A stretch of 64,000 nt of DNA from Patescibacteria group bacterium (GCA_019752595.1 JAIELV010000001.1:56486-120485), one strand, 5' to 3'; positions 7,203-16,240 are shown, counted from the stretch's first letter. A program made the numbers and translations. Notes: a model not told the origin generated them from the letters alone.

Positions 7203-9380
7203 ATGCATCTTGCCCGTTTGGACATTTCGGGGTTTAAGTCTTTTGCCAGAAAGACCTCTTTTGATTTTGCGACGTCGGTCGTTTCTATCGTTGGTCCGAA
7301 CGGTTCGGGTAAATCAAATGTCGCGGAGGCGATTCGTTTCGTTTTGGGCGAGCAGTCGATGAAATCTATGCGCGGAAAGCGTGGTGAAGACCTTATCTGG
7401 AACGGAAGCAACTCCGCGCCACGCGCGAATCGCGGTTCCGTATCTATTGTTTTTAATAATCAGTCTCGCTTTTTGGATGTTGATTTTGATGAGGTAAATA
7501 TTGAGCGCGTGGTGAACCGCGATGGTACGAATGAGTACCGTTTGAACGGCTCTACGGTTCGCTTAAAAGACATCTTAGAAATACTTGCAGGTGCGAACAT
7601 TGGCCAAACAGGGCACCACATTATTTCTCAAGGCGAGGCGGATAAGATTCTTTCCGCGTCTCCGCGCGAGAGAAGAGAAATGCTTGAAGACGCGCTTGGC
7701 CTCAAGGTGTACCAATACAAACTTGAAGAGTCGGAAAGGAAGCTCGAGAAGACCGAAGAGAATATGCGTCAGGTAGGCGCGCTCAGAAAAGAAATTGCTC
7801 CGCATCTACGCTTTTTGAAAAAACAGGTAGAGAAGGTGGAAAAGGCACGCGAGTTGAAAGAAGCGGCGCTTGGGCGCTTTCAGGCATACTTGAAACGCGA
7901 AGAAGCATATTTGCGTTCAAACAAAACGCGCATTGATGGTGCACTTTCCGGAAAACGCGAAGCACTGAAAACAATTGCTGAAAAAGTGCAGGATGCGAAG
8001 CGCGCGCTCCAAGGGGCGGCTGAAGATAAGCGCGGGAACGCGATTCTTGATCTCTCGCAAGCGCTTGATGAGGCACGAAGAGAGAGAGCTGATTCAGCGC
8101 GTCGTGCTGCACGCCTTGAAGGTCAGATAGAAATTGTTGAAAAGACAGCATCAGCGGCAAGCGTTTCAGCGACAGATGTTTCAAAATTAATCGAAGAAGG
8201 TGAGCAAGCACTTTCGTCGCTCTCCGCTCTTGAAACGGCACTCTCTTTTGTCCGTTCGTTTATTGAGAAATTCAAGACACTGGTGCGTTCTGCGCAAAGC
8301 AACGCAGGGGATTTGGGGGCATTAATGAAAGAGCGTGACGAGCTCTTGGCGGTAGAAAAAGAAGCAGGGAAAAAAGAGGCTGAATTGACCGCGTCTTTGG
8401 AGAGTATTCGCAAGGAACTTGAAGACGTGCGCTTGAAGGAGCGTGAAAAAGAACGAGCGCTTTTTGAATTAGCAAGCGAAGAGCGTGAGGCGAAACATGC
8501 GATTGCAACTCTCGAGGGTGAACATGAACGCCTCTCACTCGAGGAGGCCGAGTTTAAACGTGATATCGCCGAAGCAATACCGCTTATCGGCCGTGCCGTT
8601 GCTGACTACGCGAATGTCGAGGCAGAGAATGCAACACGAGAAGAACAGGAGCGCGAAAAACGCGAGCTTGAGAAAATAAAAATTCGTTTAGAGGAAATGG
8701 GTACCGCGGGTGGGGAGGAGATGATGAAAGAGTACACGGAAGCAACGGAGCGAGAGGCATTCTTAGAGAAAGAATTGACAGACTTGGAGTCGGCTGCAAC
8801 GTCGCTGCGCGCTCTTATTGTTGATTTAGAGAAAGAGCTTTCAGTGAAATTTAAAGAAGGCCTTGATTCAATTAACGATCAGTTCACGAAGTATTTTGCA
8901 CTTATGTTCGACGGTGGCTCAGCCTCTTTGGTGCGTGTGCAGGAACCTGTACGTGGGCGCGCGCCAAAAGTGGACGAAGACGGTGATGATGAGGAAGAGG
9001 AAATTGTAGAGAAAGAAGAATTCGTGGAAGGTATCGATATCGCGCTTTCTATTCCTAGAAAGCGCGTGAAATCACTCGTGATGCTTTCAGGGGGCGAGCG
9101 CGCACTAACCTCTATTGCGCTTATTTTTGCGATGTCGTCGGTGAACCCACCACCATTTCTAGTTCTCGATGAAACCGATGCAGCCTTGGACGAGTCAAAT
9201 AGCCGTCGCTATGGCGACATGGTGGAGGCGCTCTCAAAGAAATCGCAGCTTATCGTTATTACACACAACCGCGAAACGATGAGTAGGGCAGGGATTCTAT
9301 ACGGCGTCACGATGGGGAACGATGGTGTTTCGAAGGTGCTCTCGGTTAAATTAGAAGAAGCGGTGAAGGTTGCAAAATAG
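7203..9380 (+). CDS. smc: SMC-family chromosome condensation ATPase, unusually short (725 aa)
   Basis: N-terminal Walker A head GPNGSGKSNVAEAIRFVLGEQS. C-terminal signature/Walker B LSGGERALTSIALIFAM...LVLDETDAALD and GVTM..GVSKV. The middle is coiled-coil-like with no glycine-rich hinge recognisable. TATAAT at 7191-7196 sits 6 nt before the ATG. Confidence 0.8.
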   Translation: MHLARLDISGFKSFARKTSFDFATSVVSIVGPNGSGKSNVAEAIRFVLGEQSMKSMRGKRGEDLIWNGSNSAPRANRGSVSIVFNNQSRFLDVDFDEVNIERVVNRDGTNEYRLNGSTVRLKDILEILAGANIGQTGHHIISQGEADKILSASPRERREMLEDALGLKVYQYKLEESERKLEKTEENMRQVGALRKEIAPHLRFLKKQVEKVEKARELKEAALGRFQAYLKREEAYLRSNKTRIDGALSGKREALKTIAEKVQDAKRALQGAAEDKRGNAILDLSQALDEARRERADSARRAARLEGQIEIVEKTASAASVSATDVSKLIEEGEQALSSLSALETALSFVRSFIEKFKTLVRSAQSNAGDLGALMKERDELLAVEKEAGKKEAELTASLESIRKELEDVRLKEREKERALFELASEEREAKHAIATLEGEHERLSLEEAEFKRDIAEAIPLIGRAVADYANVEAENATREEQEREKRELEKIKIRLEEMGTAGGEEMMKEYTEATEREAFLEKELTDLESAATSLRALIVDLEKELSVKFKEGLDSINDQFTKYFALMFDGGSASLVRVQEPVRGRAPKVDEDGDDEEEEIVEKEEFVEGIDIALSIPRKRVKSLVMLSGGERALTSIALIFAMSSVNPPPFLVLDETDAALDESNSRRYGDMVEALSKKSQLIVITHNRETMSRAGILYGVTMGNDGVSKVLSVKLEEAVKVAK

Positions 9381-9529
9381 GGTAGAATAGCGACATCCCA
9401 TTTAAGCGGATTTTTATTTTTATGCACGCCCCGACACTAACTTTGCCGTCATTGCTTTCTGGTTTTTGTACATTGTATTTTTAAATTTAATATACTCGTA
9501 TAACATGTACGCATGCTTTCAATTTCATT

Positions 9530-10825
9530 ATGAGCAATAAAAAACCAACGGCAAAGTTAGTGTATAGGCACGCATTTGATCAATACAAAGCACGTTTGAA
9601 AGAGACCGCAGAGATTTTAAAACTAACCCCAGAGGAGGTAACCAATTTCGAAACCCCTGAAAAAATATTAGAGAAGAAGCTTAAAGTTACCCTCGGTGGC
9701 GCAGCTGTTGAACTTCCTGCGTATCGCGTGCAATTTTCAAGCGCACGCGGTCCGTACAAGGGAGGTATTCGTTTCCACCCCGCAGCAGATTTGGATGAAG
9801 TAAAAGCTCTGGCTGCGATGATGGCCATAAAGTGTGCCGTCGTCGATATTCCGATGGGAGGAGGCAAGGGCGGAGTAACGTTTGACCCAAAACAAGCAAC
9901 GAAAGAAGAAATTTTTGAAGTATCGCGTGCATGGGCGCGCGCATTTGCGAATGATATCGGACCTGACAAAGACATTCCCGCACCAGACGTGTACACAAAC
10001 GGAGAAATTATGTCAGTGATGCTTGATGAGTATGAAAAAGTTACTGGTGGAAAAGCGCCCGCTACTTTTACAGGCAAACCTGTTTCAAACGGCGGCATTG
10101 AAGGCAGGGATACTGCGACCGCGATGGGTGGTGTATTTGTTCTTGAAGCATACGTTGCCGAGAAAGGCTGGGTGCCTTCCGACTTGCGCGTTGCAGTGCA
10201 CGGATTCGGAAACGCTGGAGCAACCGCAGCCCAGCTTCTATATGAGCGCGGGTACAAAATTGTTGGCCTCGCTGATTCCAAAGGCGCTGTCATGAGTATG
10301 AGGGGGCTCGATCCGATGAAATTCCAGGAGGTCAAGAATCAAAATAAGTCGATTAAGGAAATGTACTGCCATGGCTCGGTGTGCGATGAAGGCATGATGG
10401 AGAAAGACAGTGTGGTGGTGGGAGATCCGAATTCGGTATTGACCATGGATGCAGATATTTTGATTCCCGCGGCTTTGGACGGAGTTATTACTCCAGATGT
10501 TGCTCGCCAGATGAAAGCAAAGGTAGTTTTGGAACTTGCGAATGGTCCGACATTGGCGGAAGCAGATGCGATTTTAGAAGAGAGAAAGATAGACGTTATT
10601 CCCGACGTTCTAGCAAACGCAGGAGGAGTGACGGTTTCATATTTTGAATGGGATCAAAATCTAAAAGGCACTACGCACACTCGTGAAGACGTGAACGCGC
10701 GCCTCAAAAAAGTTATGAGTAAGGCGTGGATGGGTGTTTCTGAGTTTGCAAAAAAACACTCGGTCACATTCCGCAAAGCTGCGTTCGCACTTGCCGTTGA
10801 GCGTATCCGAATGGCAAAGAAGTGA
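9530..10825 (+). CDS. gdhA: NAD(P)-dependent glutamate dehydrogenase
   Basis: KGGIRFHPAADLDEVKALAAMMAIKCAVVDIPMGGGKGGV Glu/Leu/Phe/Val dehydrogenase signature. Confidence 0.9.
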   Translation: MSNKKPTAKLVYRHAFDQYKARLKETAEILKLTPEEVTNFETPEKILEKKLKVTLGGAAVELPAYRVQFSSARGPYKGGIRFHPAADLDEVKALAAMMAIKCAVVDIPMGGGKGGVTFDPKQATKEEIFEVSRAWARAFANDIGPDKDIPAPDVYTNGEIMSVMLDEYEKVTGGKAPATFTGKPVSNGGIEGRDTATAMGGVFVLEAYVAEKGWVPSDLRVAVHGFGNAGATAAQLLYERGYKIVGLADSKGAVMSMRGLDPMKFQEVKNQNKSIKEMYCHGSVCDEGMMEKDSVVVGDPNSVLTMDADILIPAALDGVITPDVARQMKAKVVLELANGPTLAEADAILEERKIDVIPDVLANAGGVTVSYFEWDQNLKGTTHTREDVNARLKKVMSKAWMGVSEFAKKHSVTFRKAAFALAVERIRMAKK

Positions 10826-10864
10826 AATTGACCCCCCGTGATTTCAGGCGTACTCTGAAACAGT

Positions 10865-11092
10865 ATGACAGGCTCTATATCGGAAAGATTGCACAGTGCC
10901 CCCGTAGGAAGTAAGGAATACTTTAAGGCTCTACGAGATGATGCGCTCTCAGCAGCGGGGTTGGCTCATGCAAAAGGAATGGTTGAAACACGCCGAGATT
11001 GGCTTCATACGGCGAGACGGCACACGAAACTTCTAAAAACCATAACAGACAACGAAACTTGGGAAAAAGAACATAGACAAAGGTCTTCTTGA
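10865..11092 (+). CDS. hypothetical small protein, possible diverged paralogue of the 19634 ORF
   Basis: 75 aa. Weak resemblance (MTG start, AGLAHAKGMVETRRD versus AGLSKEIATLDPETQR) to the ORF at 19634-19903. Confidence 0.3.
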   Translation: MTGSISERLHSAPVGSKEYFKALRDDALSAAGLAHAKGMVETRRDWLHTARRHTKLLKTITDNETWEKEHRQRSS

Positions 11093-11253
11093 CCAAACAG
11101 AAGACTTTGATATTCTTAGAGTAATGACAAACACGTTACAGATGGTCTCGTCTGTTACCCGCATGGGCGGCGTGTTTTCTTTCTTCTATTTCTGGGCATA
11201 GCGCCCAGATTTTTCACATTACCGTTATAGCTCCGCATTCTCCCTGTTTTTAG

Positions 11254-11535
11254 GTGTTTACACATAACGTACAGATTCCTAAAACGCATGAATGCGCCCT
11301 GCATTTTTTATTTTTTTCACCAATTACACATATGTCACCCAGAGAAAAAAGACACCGCTCGTACTTTGTATCAGGCGGTGCCGTTGAACAAAAGCGGCCT
11401 AAAGTCGTCATGGCTCCAGTTATTGTCGTAGAGAACCCTCCAGTCGAGAATTGTCGGCACGGTTTACCGATCGGAAGATTCTGTCTGCCGTGCGCTGACG
11501 AAAGTTCATTGCGTGACCGTATTGATGTTGTATAA
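11254..11535 (+). CDS. hypothetical small protein with C-terminal NCRHG motif (family fragment)
   Basis: C-terminus ENPPVENCRHGLPIGRFCLPC resembles the C-termini of the 12113 ORF (QPPNPNCLRHGRRN) and the 18589 ORF (TTGCPIRHARG). True start uncertain; internal ATGs lie at 11332 and 11410. Confidence 0.3.
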   Translation: MFTHNVQIPKTHECALHFLFFSPITHMSPREKRHRSYFVSGGAVEQKRPKVVMAPVIVVENPPVENCRHGLPIGRFCLPCADESSLRDRIDVV

Positions 11536-11757
11536 AAAAGCATCTTAAAAACCACTAAGTACTATGAGTAACGAAACATTCAATCTAAAGGAAGCACATA
11601 AGGTCTGCGTTATTTGCGGGTCGCCACGGGCGGTACGCGTAATTAAAAGAGGCAACGTTCGCCTTTATTGACCGAACCGCATACTGCGCTTTCCATCTCG
11701 CCCGAGCGGAAAAAATGCTTGAAATCGTCGGATGGATAGGCTGGAACTAAAAAACAT

Positions 11758-11982
11758 ATGATGTTTGAAAAGTTCAAAAGTTCACTGACCGAACTCAATC
11801 CCGCAGAAATGCAGGCGTTTTATGCAGAAATGCATGCGCGTTTAGAAAAACAATATGCGGGGCATGTGTCGTGGTTTGACGGTCCGCCTGCCTGCACATG
11901 TGAAAGAACCTATCACAACGGATATATCCGTTCCTACAAATACTTACCAACATGCAAACGATGCCCCGACAAATCAAAATAA
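11758..11982 (+). CDS. hypothetical small Cys-motif protein, truncated paralogue of the 18589 gene family
   Basis: LTELNPAEMQAFYAEMHARL aligns with LAEHNPELQTAFNAYSPLMEMYQV in the 18589 ORF. The PACTCERTY motif aligns with YTCTYTTAEG in the 12113 ORF. Confidence 0.4.
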   Translation: MMFEKFKSSLTELNPAEMQAFYAEMHARLEKQYAGHVSWFDGPPACTCERTYHNGYIRSYKYLPTCKRCPDKSK

Positions 11983-12112
11983 ACCGCTTTTCAAAAATGA
12001 TTTCGTACCGTATACGAGAGCGGTTTCCTTTTCATATTTTCCCAAATCTCTGGGCCTAGGCCCACTCCACTTTTTAGAGAATTGTGTTTATTAAATTTTA
12101 AGTTTTTCATGT

Positions 12113-12634
12113 ATGGTCAAAAAAGAAATCGTATTACAGGGTAGAAATCCGTTTCTAGGCGAGACAGAACGTATGCACATGCATACGCGTCTCGCAGCGC
12201 TTCACGGTAGTCGGGAGGCAATGCTTCAGGAACTCCAAGGATACAGAGCGCCTGAGGTGTACGCGCGGAATAAGGAGCGTGCAGACGCTTTGATGCAGCT
12301 CATTATCCAAGCTGAAGCGGAAATGCGAGTTATTGCGTATGAACTATCGGATAAACGACGGACAGTACTCGGCAGATTCAGCGTTGATGAAGTTGAAGCG
12401 TACGGATATACCTGTACGTATACAACCGCGGAAGGCAGATGCGGAAAGAGCGCAACGCACTGCGAGGGTATGCGTGTACGTTGTGACGAACATCCTGTCT
12501 CGGTTGAGTCGCCAGTTAAGGGGCCGAAGTCGTTCCATTCTCATGTCGGATTCGGTAACCCCGATCTTCCATGCACGTGCGTCGTAGGACAACCGCCAAA
12601 TCCGAACTGCCTTCGTCATGGCAGAAGAAATTAA
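12113..12634 (+). CDS. hypothetical Cys-rich protein, compressed paralogue of the 18589 gene
   Basis: Three colinear blocks shared with the 18589 ORF: VLQGRNP versus VHQLRNP; AYGYTCTY...DEHPVSVESP versus GTGYTLGF...LEHPLGGP; NPNCLRHGRRN versus TTGCPIRHARG. Confidence 0.5.
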   Translation: MVKKEIVLQGRNPFLGETERMHMHTRLAALHGSREAMLQELQGYRAPEVYARNKERADALMQLIIQAEAEMRVIAYELSDKRRTVLGRFSVDEVEAYGYTCTYTTAEGRCGKSATHCEGMRVRCDEHPVSVESPVKGPKSFHSHVGFGNPDLPCTCVVGQPPNPNCLRHGRRN

Positions 12635-12652
12635 CATGATTAATGTACTCTT

Positions 12653-12886
12653 ATGCAACACGAGAAAACAAAACGGCCGACGCACGGTATGCGCCGTGAA
12701 GAACGCCTCGCTCTTTTCAGGAAGAATCTGATTCAGGCGCTCCCTCGACTTGCGCAAAGAAGGGCGGGGGAAATCCGCGAAGGCGGCAGAGCCCCTGATA
12801 AAAGTGTTCGTCTCAAAATAGGACGGGTGGTTCAGACTATCCGTTCGATCTCAAAGGAGATAGGTCCTGTTCGAGACGGACTCTGA
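12653..12886 (+). CDS. hypothetical basic small protein, paralogue of the 19634 ORF
   Basis: QTIRSISKEIGPVRD aligns with TQRILAGLSKEIATLD of the 19634 ORF. Followed by an intrinsic terminator. Gene order (large-family member then small-family member) mirrors 18589 followed by 19634. Confidence 0.4.
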   Translation: MQHEKTKRPTHGMRREERLALFRKNLIQALPRLAQRRAGEIREGGRAPDKSVRLKIGRVVQTIRSISKEIGPVRDGL

Positions 12887-12893
12887 AAGTTCG

Positions 12894-12925
12894 AAAAAAC
12901 CGCCCTTGGTCGAGGGGCGGTTTTG
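12894..12925 (+). terminator. intrinsic terminator
   Basis: A-run, then the ccgccc-ttggtcga-ggggcgg hairpin, then TTTTG. Confidence 0.6.
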
Positions 12926-13261
12926 TCTTTGGCTAGCGACGTAGGGTGAGCGTAATAAGATTTATTTTTCATTACCGAACCAAGGAGCTAGAAAGGTGAC
13001 AGCGGGTACCCCCCGTGCACACCTTTACAAGTATTTAATTTTCCTTACAGTGTATAAGTAATAAATAATCTATCGTATATGGCAACATCGCCTACACCTG
13101 ATAGTGCTATACGTACTCCTCGCAGAGAAGAGCGCGTTGTTACTTCTCGTACGCCACGCGCTGTCGAAACTGCACAGCCTGTGGACCAAGAGGCTCTCGC
13201 TCGGGTTCGCCAAGAGGAATTGGACGAACAGTGGAGGAACGGGGGCAGATTTGAATAAACG

Positions 13262-15163
13262 CTACGGTAATAGAGAAAAATCCAGAGTTCTATCTTCCAG
13301 ATTAGCTTTCTCTACACGATAACGAACCGGGTCACCTAAACGGATGACCCGTTTTGTTTTAGCACCGATTGCAGCAAATTTCTTCGGGTCGTAATCGTAA
13401 TTGTCATCCGTTAACGACATAAGGCGCGCCATGCCTTCAGTGCCCGTCTCTGTATCTTCAACGTACAACCCCCATTCGGTAACTCCAGAAATAACTCCCG
13501 CACGCTCTTCTCCGATAAGGTTTGCAAAGTATTCCACCTGCTTCATCTTTACCGATTCACGCTCTGCCTGCGCCGCATACACTTCACGTTCAGACGCATG
13601 TACTGCTTTTTCCTGAATGCGCGCAGGGTCCTCGGTAATTTTCTTCCCCGAAAGAATATCAAACAGCGTGCGATGCACCATCACATCAGGGTAGCGACGA
13701 ATAGGTGAGGTGAAGTGCGCGTAGTTCTCAAACGCCAGTCCATAGTGGCCAATGTTTTTTGTCGTGTAGACCGCTTTAGCCATCGAACGGATGGTAGCGG
13801 TTGTTATCAGACGTTCCTCAGGTTTTCCTTTCACGTTCTCTAGCAAACGGTTTAAGTCTTTTTGCGTTGCTCCGCCTTTTTGCAGCGTAAGTTCATACCC
13901 GATAGCGCGGAGAAAAACTGCCAATTCCTGAATTTTTTCTTGGTTCGGCACATCGTGAATGCGATACACAAACACACGGTTTTTAGCACCCAATTTTTCC
14001 GATACCATGCCAGCGACTTCACGGTTTGCAAGAAGCATCAATTCCTCAATCAGCTGATGACTCTCTGTATATTTTGTCCGCTTGAAACCAGTAGTCTTTC
14101 CTTCTTTATCGACGACAGGTTTTATCTCGTCCGTCTCGAACATAATTGCCCCTTCCAGAAACCGCTTCTTTCGGAGGTACGACGCAAACCCCCATATTTC
14201 AGAAAGTTCTTTATGCAAGGGAAGCGAGGCGTCTTTTAAGGTTTCGTCTGCCTCTTCATAGGTGAATCGTTTTGCCGATCTAATAATTGATCTTCCGAAC
14301 CAGCGTTCTTCTACTTTGTTATTTCGTATCGTGAAAACTGCTGAAAAGGTTAGACGATCAACGTTTGGTTTCAGGCTGCACAAATCTTCGGAAAGTTCAG
14401 GTGGGAGCATCGGAATCGTGCGGTCTACCAAATAGACAGATGTCGCGCGTTTGTACGCTTCCTTATCGAGAATAGAGCCAGGGCGCATGAAGTGTGTGAC
14501 GTCGGCAATGTGGACACCGATTTCAAGTGCACCATCCTCAAGTTTTTTGTATGAAATTGCGTCGTCAAAATCCTTTGCGGTTTCAGGGTCAATAGTAATG
14601 GTAAGGGTGTCTCTGAAATCCTTACGTTCCACTACGTCCTTTTCATCCCATGCTTTTTCGTACAGTCGTTCTGCCTCTTCGACAACTGCTTTCGGGAAGT
14701 CGCTTTCAAATCCTTTCGAGGCAATAATCGCCCGCATTTCCGTTTCGTGCACACCTGCTTTACCTAGAACACTGCGTACTTTTGCTTTCGGGGGATGATC
14801 GTCCCACTCAACAACGTCCGCAACCACTTTGTGTCCGACAGGTGCGCCTGAGACCCCGACAATCAGAAAGTCCATATACACACGCGGGTCGTCTGCTTTC
14901 AACATGACTCCCGTCGGGGTTTTGATGAGCTCGCCAACAAATGTATTTGTCTTTCTCTCAAGGACTGAAATGACGCGACCTATTTTCTCACTCTTACCTT
15001 GAGTAACGAGTATTTCAACCACGTCACCCGAAAACGCACCATTCAAACGGTCGCGGGGGACAGGGATGTCGCCATCAGGATTTAAAAAGAAACCCTTACC
15101 GCTTCGGGTGACGTCCAGCACACCTTTGATTCGCGAGCTTTCCTCAGCTCGTTTTTTTTGCAT
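13262..15163 (-). CDS. rnr: ribonuclease R / RNase II family 3'-5' exoribonuclease
   Basis: N-terminal cold-shock-like domains, an RNB catalytic domain and a C-terminal S1 domain (GVISGVTEWGLYVED). 633 aa. Confidence 0.9.
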   Translation of the reverse strand: MQKKRAEESSRIKGVLDVTRSGKGFFLNPDGDIPVPRDRLNGAFSGDVVEILVTQGKSEKIGRVISVLERKTNTFVGELIKTPTGVMLKADDPRVYMDFLIVGVSGAPVGHKVVADVVEWDDHPPKAKVRSVLGKAGVHETEMRAIIASKGFESDFPKAVVEEAERLYEKAWDEKDVVERKDFRDTLTITIDPETAKDFDDAISYKKLEDGALEIGVHIADVTHFMRPGSILDKEAYKRATSVYLVDRTIPMLPPELSEDLCSLKPNVDRLTFSAVFTIRNNKVEERWFGRSIIRSAKRFTYEEADETLKDASLPLHKELSEIWGFASYLRKKRFLEGAIMFETDEIKPVVDKEGKTTGFKRTKYTESHQLIEELMLLANREVAGMVSEKLGAKNRVFVYRIHDVPNQEKIQELAVFLRAIGYELTLQKGGATQKDLNRLLENVKGKPEERLITTATIRSMAKAVYTTKNIGHYGLAFENYAHFTSPIRRYPDVMVHRTLFDILSGKKITEDPARIQEKAVHASEREVYAAQAERESVKMKQVEYFANLIGEERAGVISGVTEWGLYVEDTETGTEGMARLMSLTDDNYDYDPKKFAAIGAKTKRVIRLGDPVRYRVEKANLEDRTLDFSLLP

Positions 15164-15184
15164 AGTGAGACTGTACCATAAAGG

Positions 15185-15739
15185 GTGCGAAATTTGATTT
15201 CTTTTATTTTCGTGTTATTAAATATGTGTATGGATGACGGCAAAGAAAAAAGACCAAAGACAGTCATAGCTGATCCCGATACTGTTGCGTATGCAGACGA
15301 GACCCAGACAGTTTTTACTGACGGGCGAGTGGTGCAGCATGAAGAAAAGGGGAACATGGAGACTTTCACAAATGAGGAACTCGCGGCAGTCGGTACAATA
15401 ATAGGTCCGCTTTTACATTCACTACGCCCGCTTGAGGATGAGCTCCGTTCTATTTTTCCAAAACAAGCAACCAATAAAGAACAAATTTCGCGCACGTTCT
15501 CCGTCCCAATTACTGAAGCACAAAGCAAGATTCTATTGTCCGGTAGAAATTCAATGGTGGCACAGGTAGGTATAGTCTTTTGGCTCGGCATGATTCCAGG
15601 TGATTCTCTTCCAGATGAACTGCTTGAAATAGGAGATATATGTGAAAGATACGGGTATCACGTCGCACCTCGGCTGTCGATTGGGAGCACATCTCTCACT
15701 CTTCAGCTTGATTTCAAGCCCAAAGCGGTCCGAAACTAA
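15185..15739 (+). CDS. hypothetical protein
   Basis: GTG at 15185; ATG alternatives at 15234 and 15244. No motif recognised. Divergent from rnr. Confidence 0.45.
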   Translation: MRNLISFIFVLLNMCMDDGKEKRPKTVIADPDTVAYADETQTVFTDGRVVQHEEKGNMETFTNEELAAVGTIIGPLLHSLRPLEDELRSIFPKQATNKEQISRTFSVPITEAQSKILLSGRNSMVAQVGIVFWLGMIPGDSLPDELLEIGDICERYGYHVAPRLSIGSTSLTLQLDFKPKAVRN

Positions 15740-15779
15740 GACTTTACTGCTCGTTTATTCTTTGCTACAGTAGCCCCTC

Positions 15780-16124
15780 ATGCTAGCCATCAGATTACAG
15801 AGGAGAGGACGCAAGAACGACCCGTCGTTCCGCATTGTTGTATTGGAGAAAGCACGAAGCCCGAAGGCGGGAAACCCTTTGGAAGTTGTTGGTTCATACC
15901 ACCCAAAGACGAAACACACCGTTATTGACGGAGATAAGGTGAAATTCTGGATTTCAAAAGGCGCACAAGTGTCTGGAACGTTGAATAACCTCCTTGTTAC
16001 GAAAGGTATTATTCAGGGAAAGAAAGTGAACGTTCTCGGGAAGAAAACACCTATAAAGAAAGATGAGCCCGCGAAAGAGGAAGCAAAAACTGAAGCACCT
16101 GCAGAAGCGCCAGCAGCTGAATAA
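15780..16124 (+). CDS. rpsP: 30S ribosomal protein S16 with C-terminal K/E/A-rich extension
   Basis: MLAIRLQRRGRKNDPSFRIVV...KVKFWISKGAQ matches the S16 core. Confidence 0.95.
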   Translation: MLAIRLQRRGRKNDPSFRIVVLEKARSPKAGNPLEVVGSYHPKTKHTVIDGDKVKFWISKGAQVSGTLNNLLVTKGIIQGKKVNVLGKKTPIKKDEPAKEEAKTEAPAEAPAAE

Positions 16125-16146
16125 TCAAAGCAAAGACCGTAAACAC

Positions 16147-16175
16147 CGCCCCCGTTGCCAGGGGCGTTTTTTTTT
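16147..16175 (+). terminator. intrinsic terminator after rpsP
   Basis: cgcccc-cgttgcca-ggggcg hairpin followed by a T9 run. Confidence 0.7.
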
Positions 16176-16240
16176 GGCATATTGAAATGAACAGCCAAGT
16201 AATAGAATCGGCTGAATTAGATACAACTTAATATACTGAT

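Noticed and set aside
9580-10335. 251-aa minus-strand ORF antisense to gdhA. Similar long antisense ORFs appear at 43302-44006 inside the TPP enzyme, 22175-22564 inside rpoB and 905-1309 inside dnaE.
   Set aside because: Each lies entirely inside a high-confidence gene on the other strand, has low-complexity Ser/Pro/Arg/Thr-rich composition and no motifs. This is the typical mirror-frame artefact of GC-balanced coding sequence.
12344-12757. 137-aa minus-strand ORF, and 11250-11555 minus-strand ORF, in the small-ORF island
   Set aside because: They overlap the plus-strand ORFs that show paralogy to 18589 and 19634. They carry no motifs, and the island's terminator at 12894-12925 is oriented for plus-strand transcription.
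16233-16238. TATACT hexamer 3 nt upstream of the KH-protein ATG as its -10 element
   Set aside because: The spacing is too short for a -10 to start-site relationship. A promoter further upstream, or read-through from rpsP despite its terminator, is more likely.
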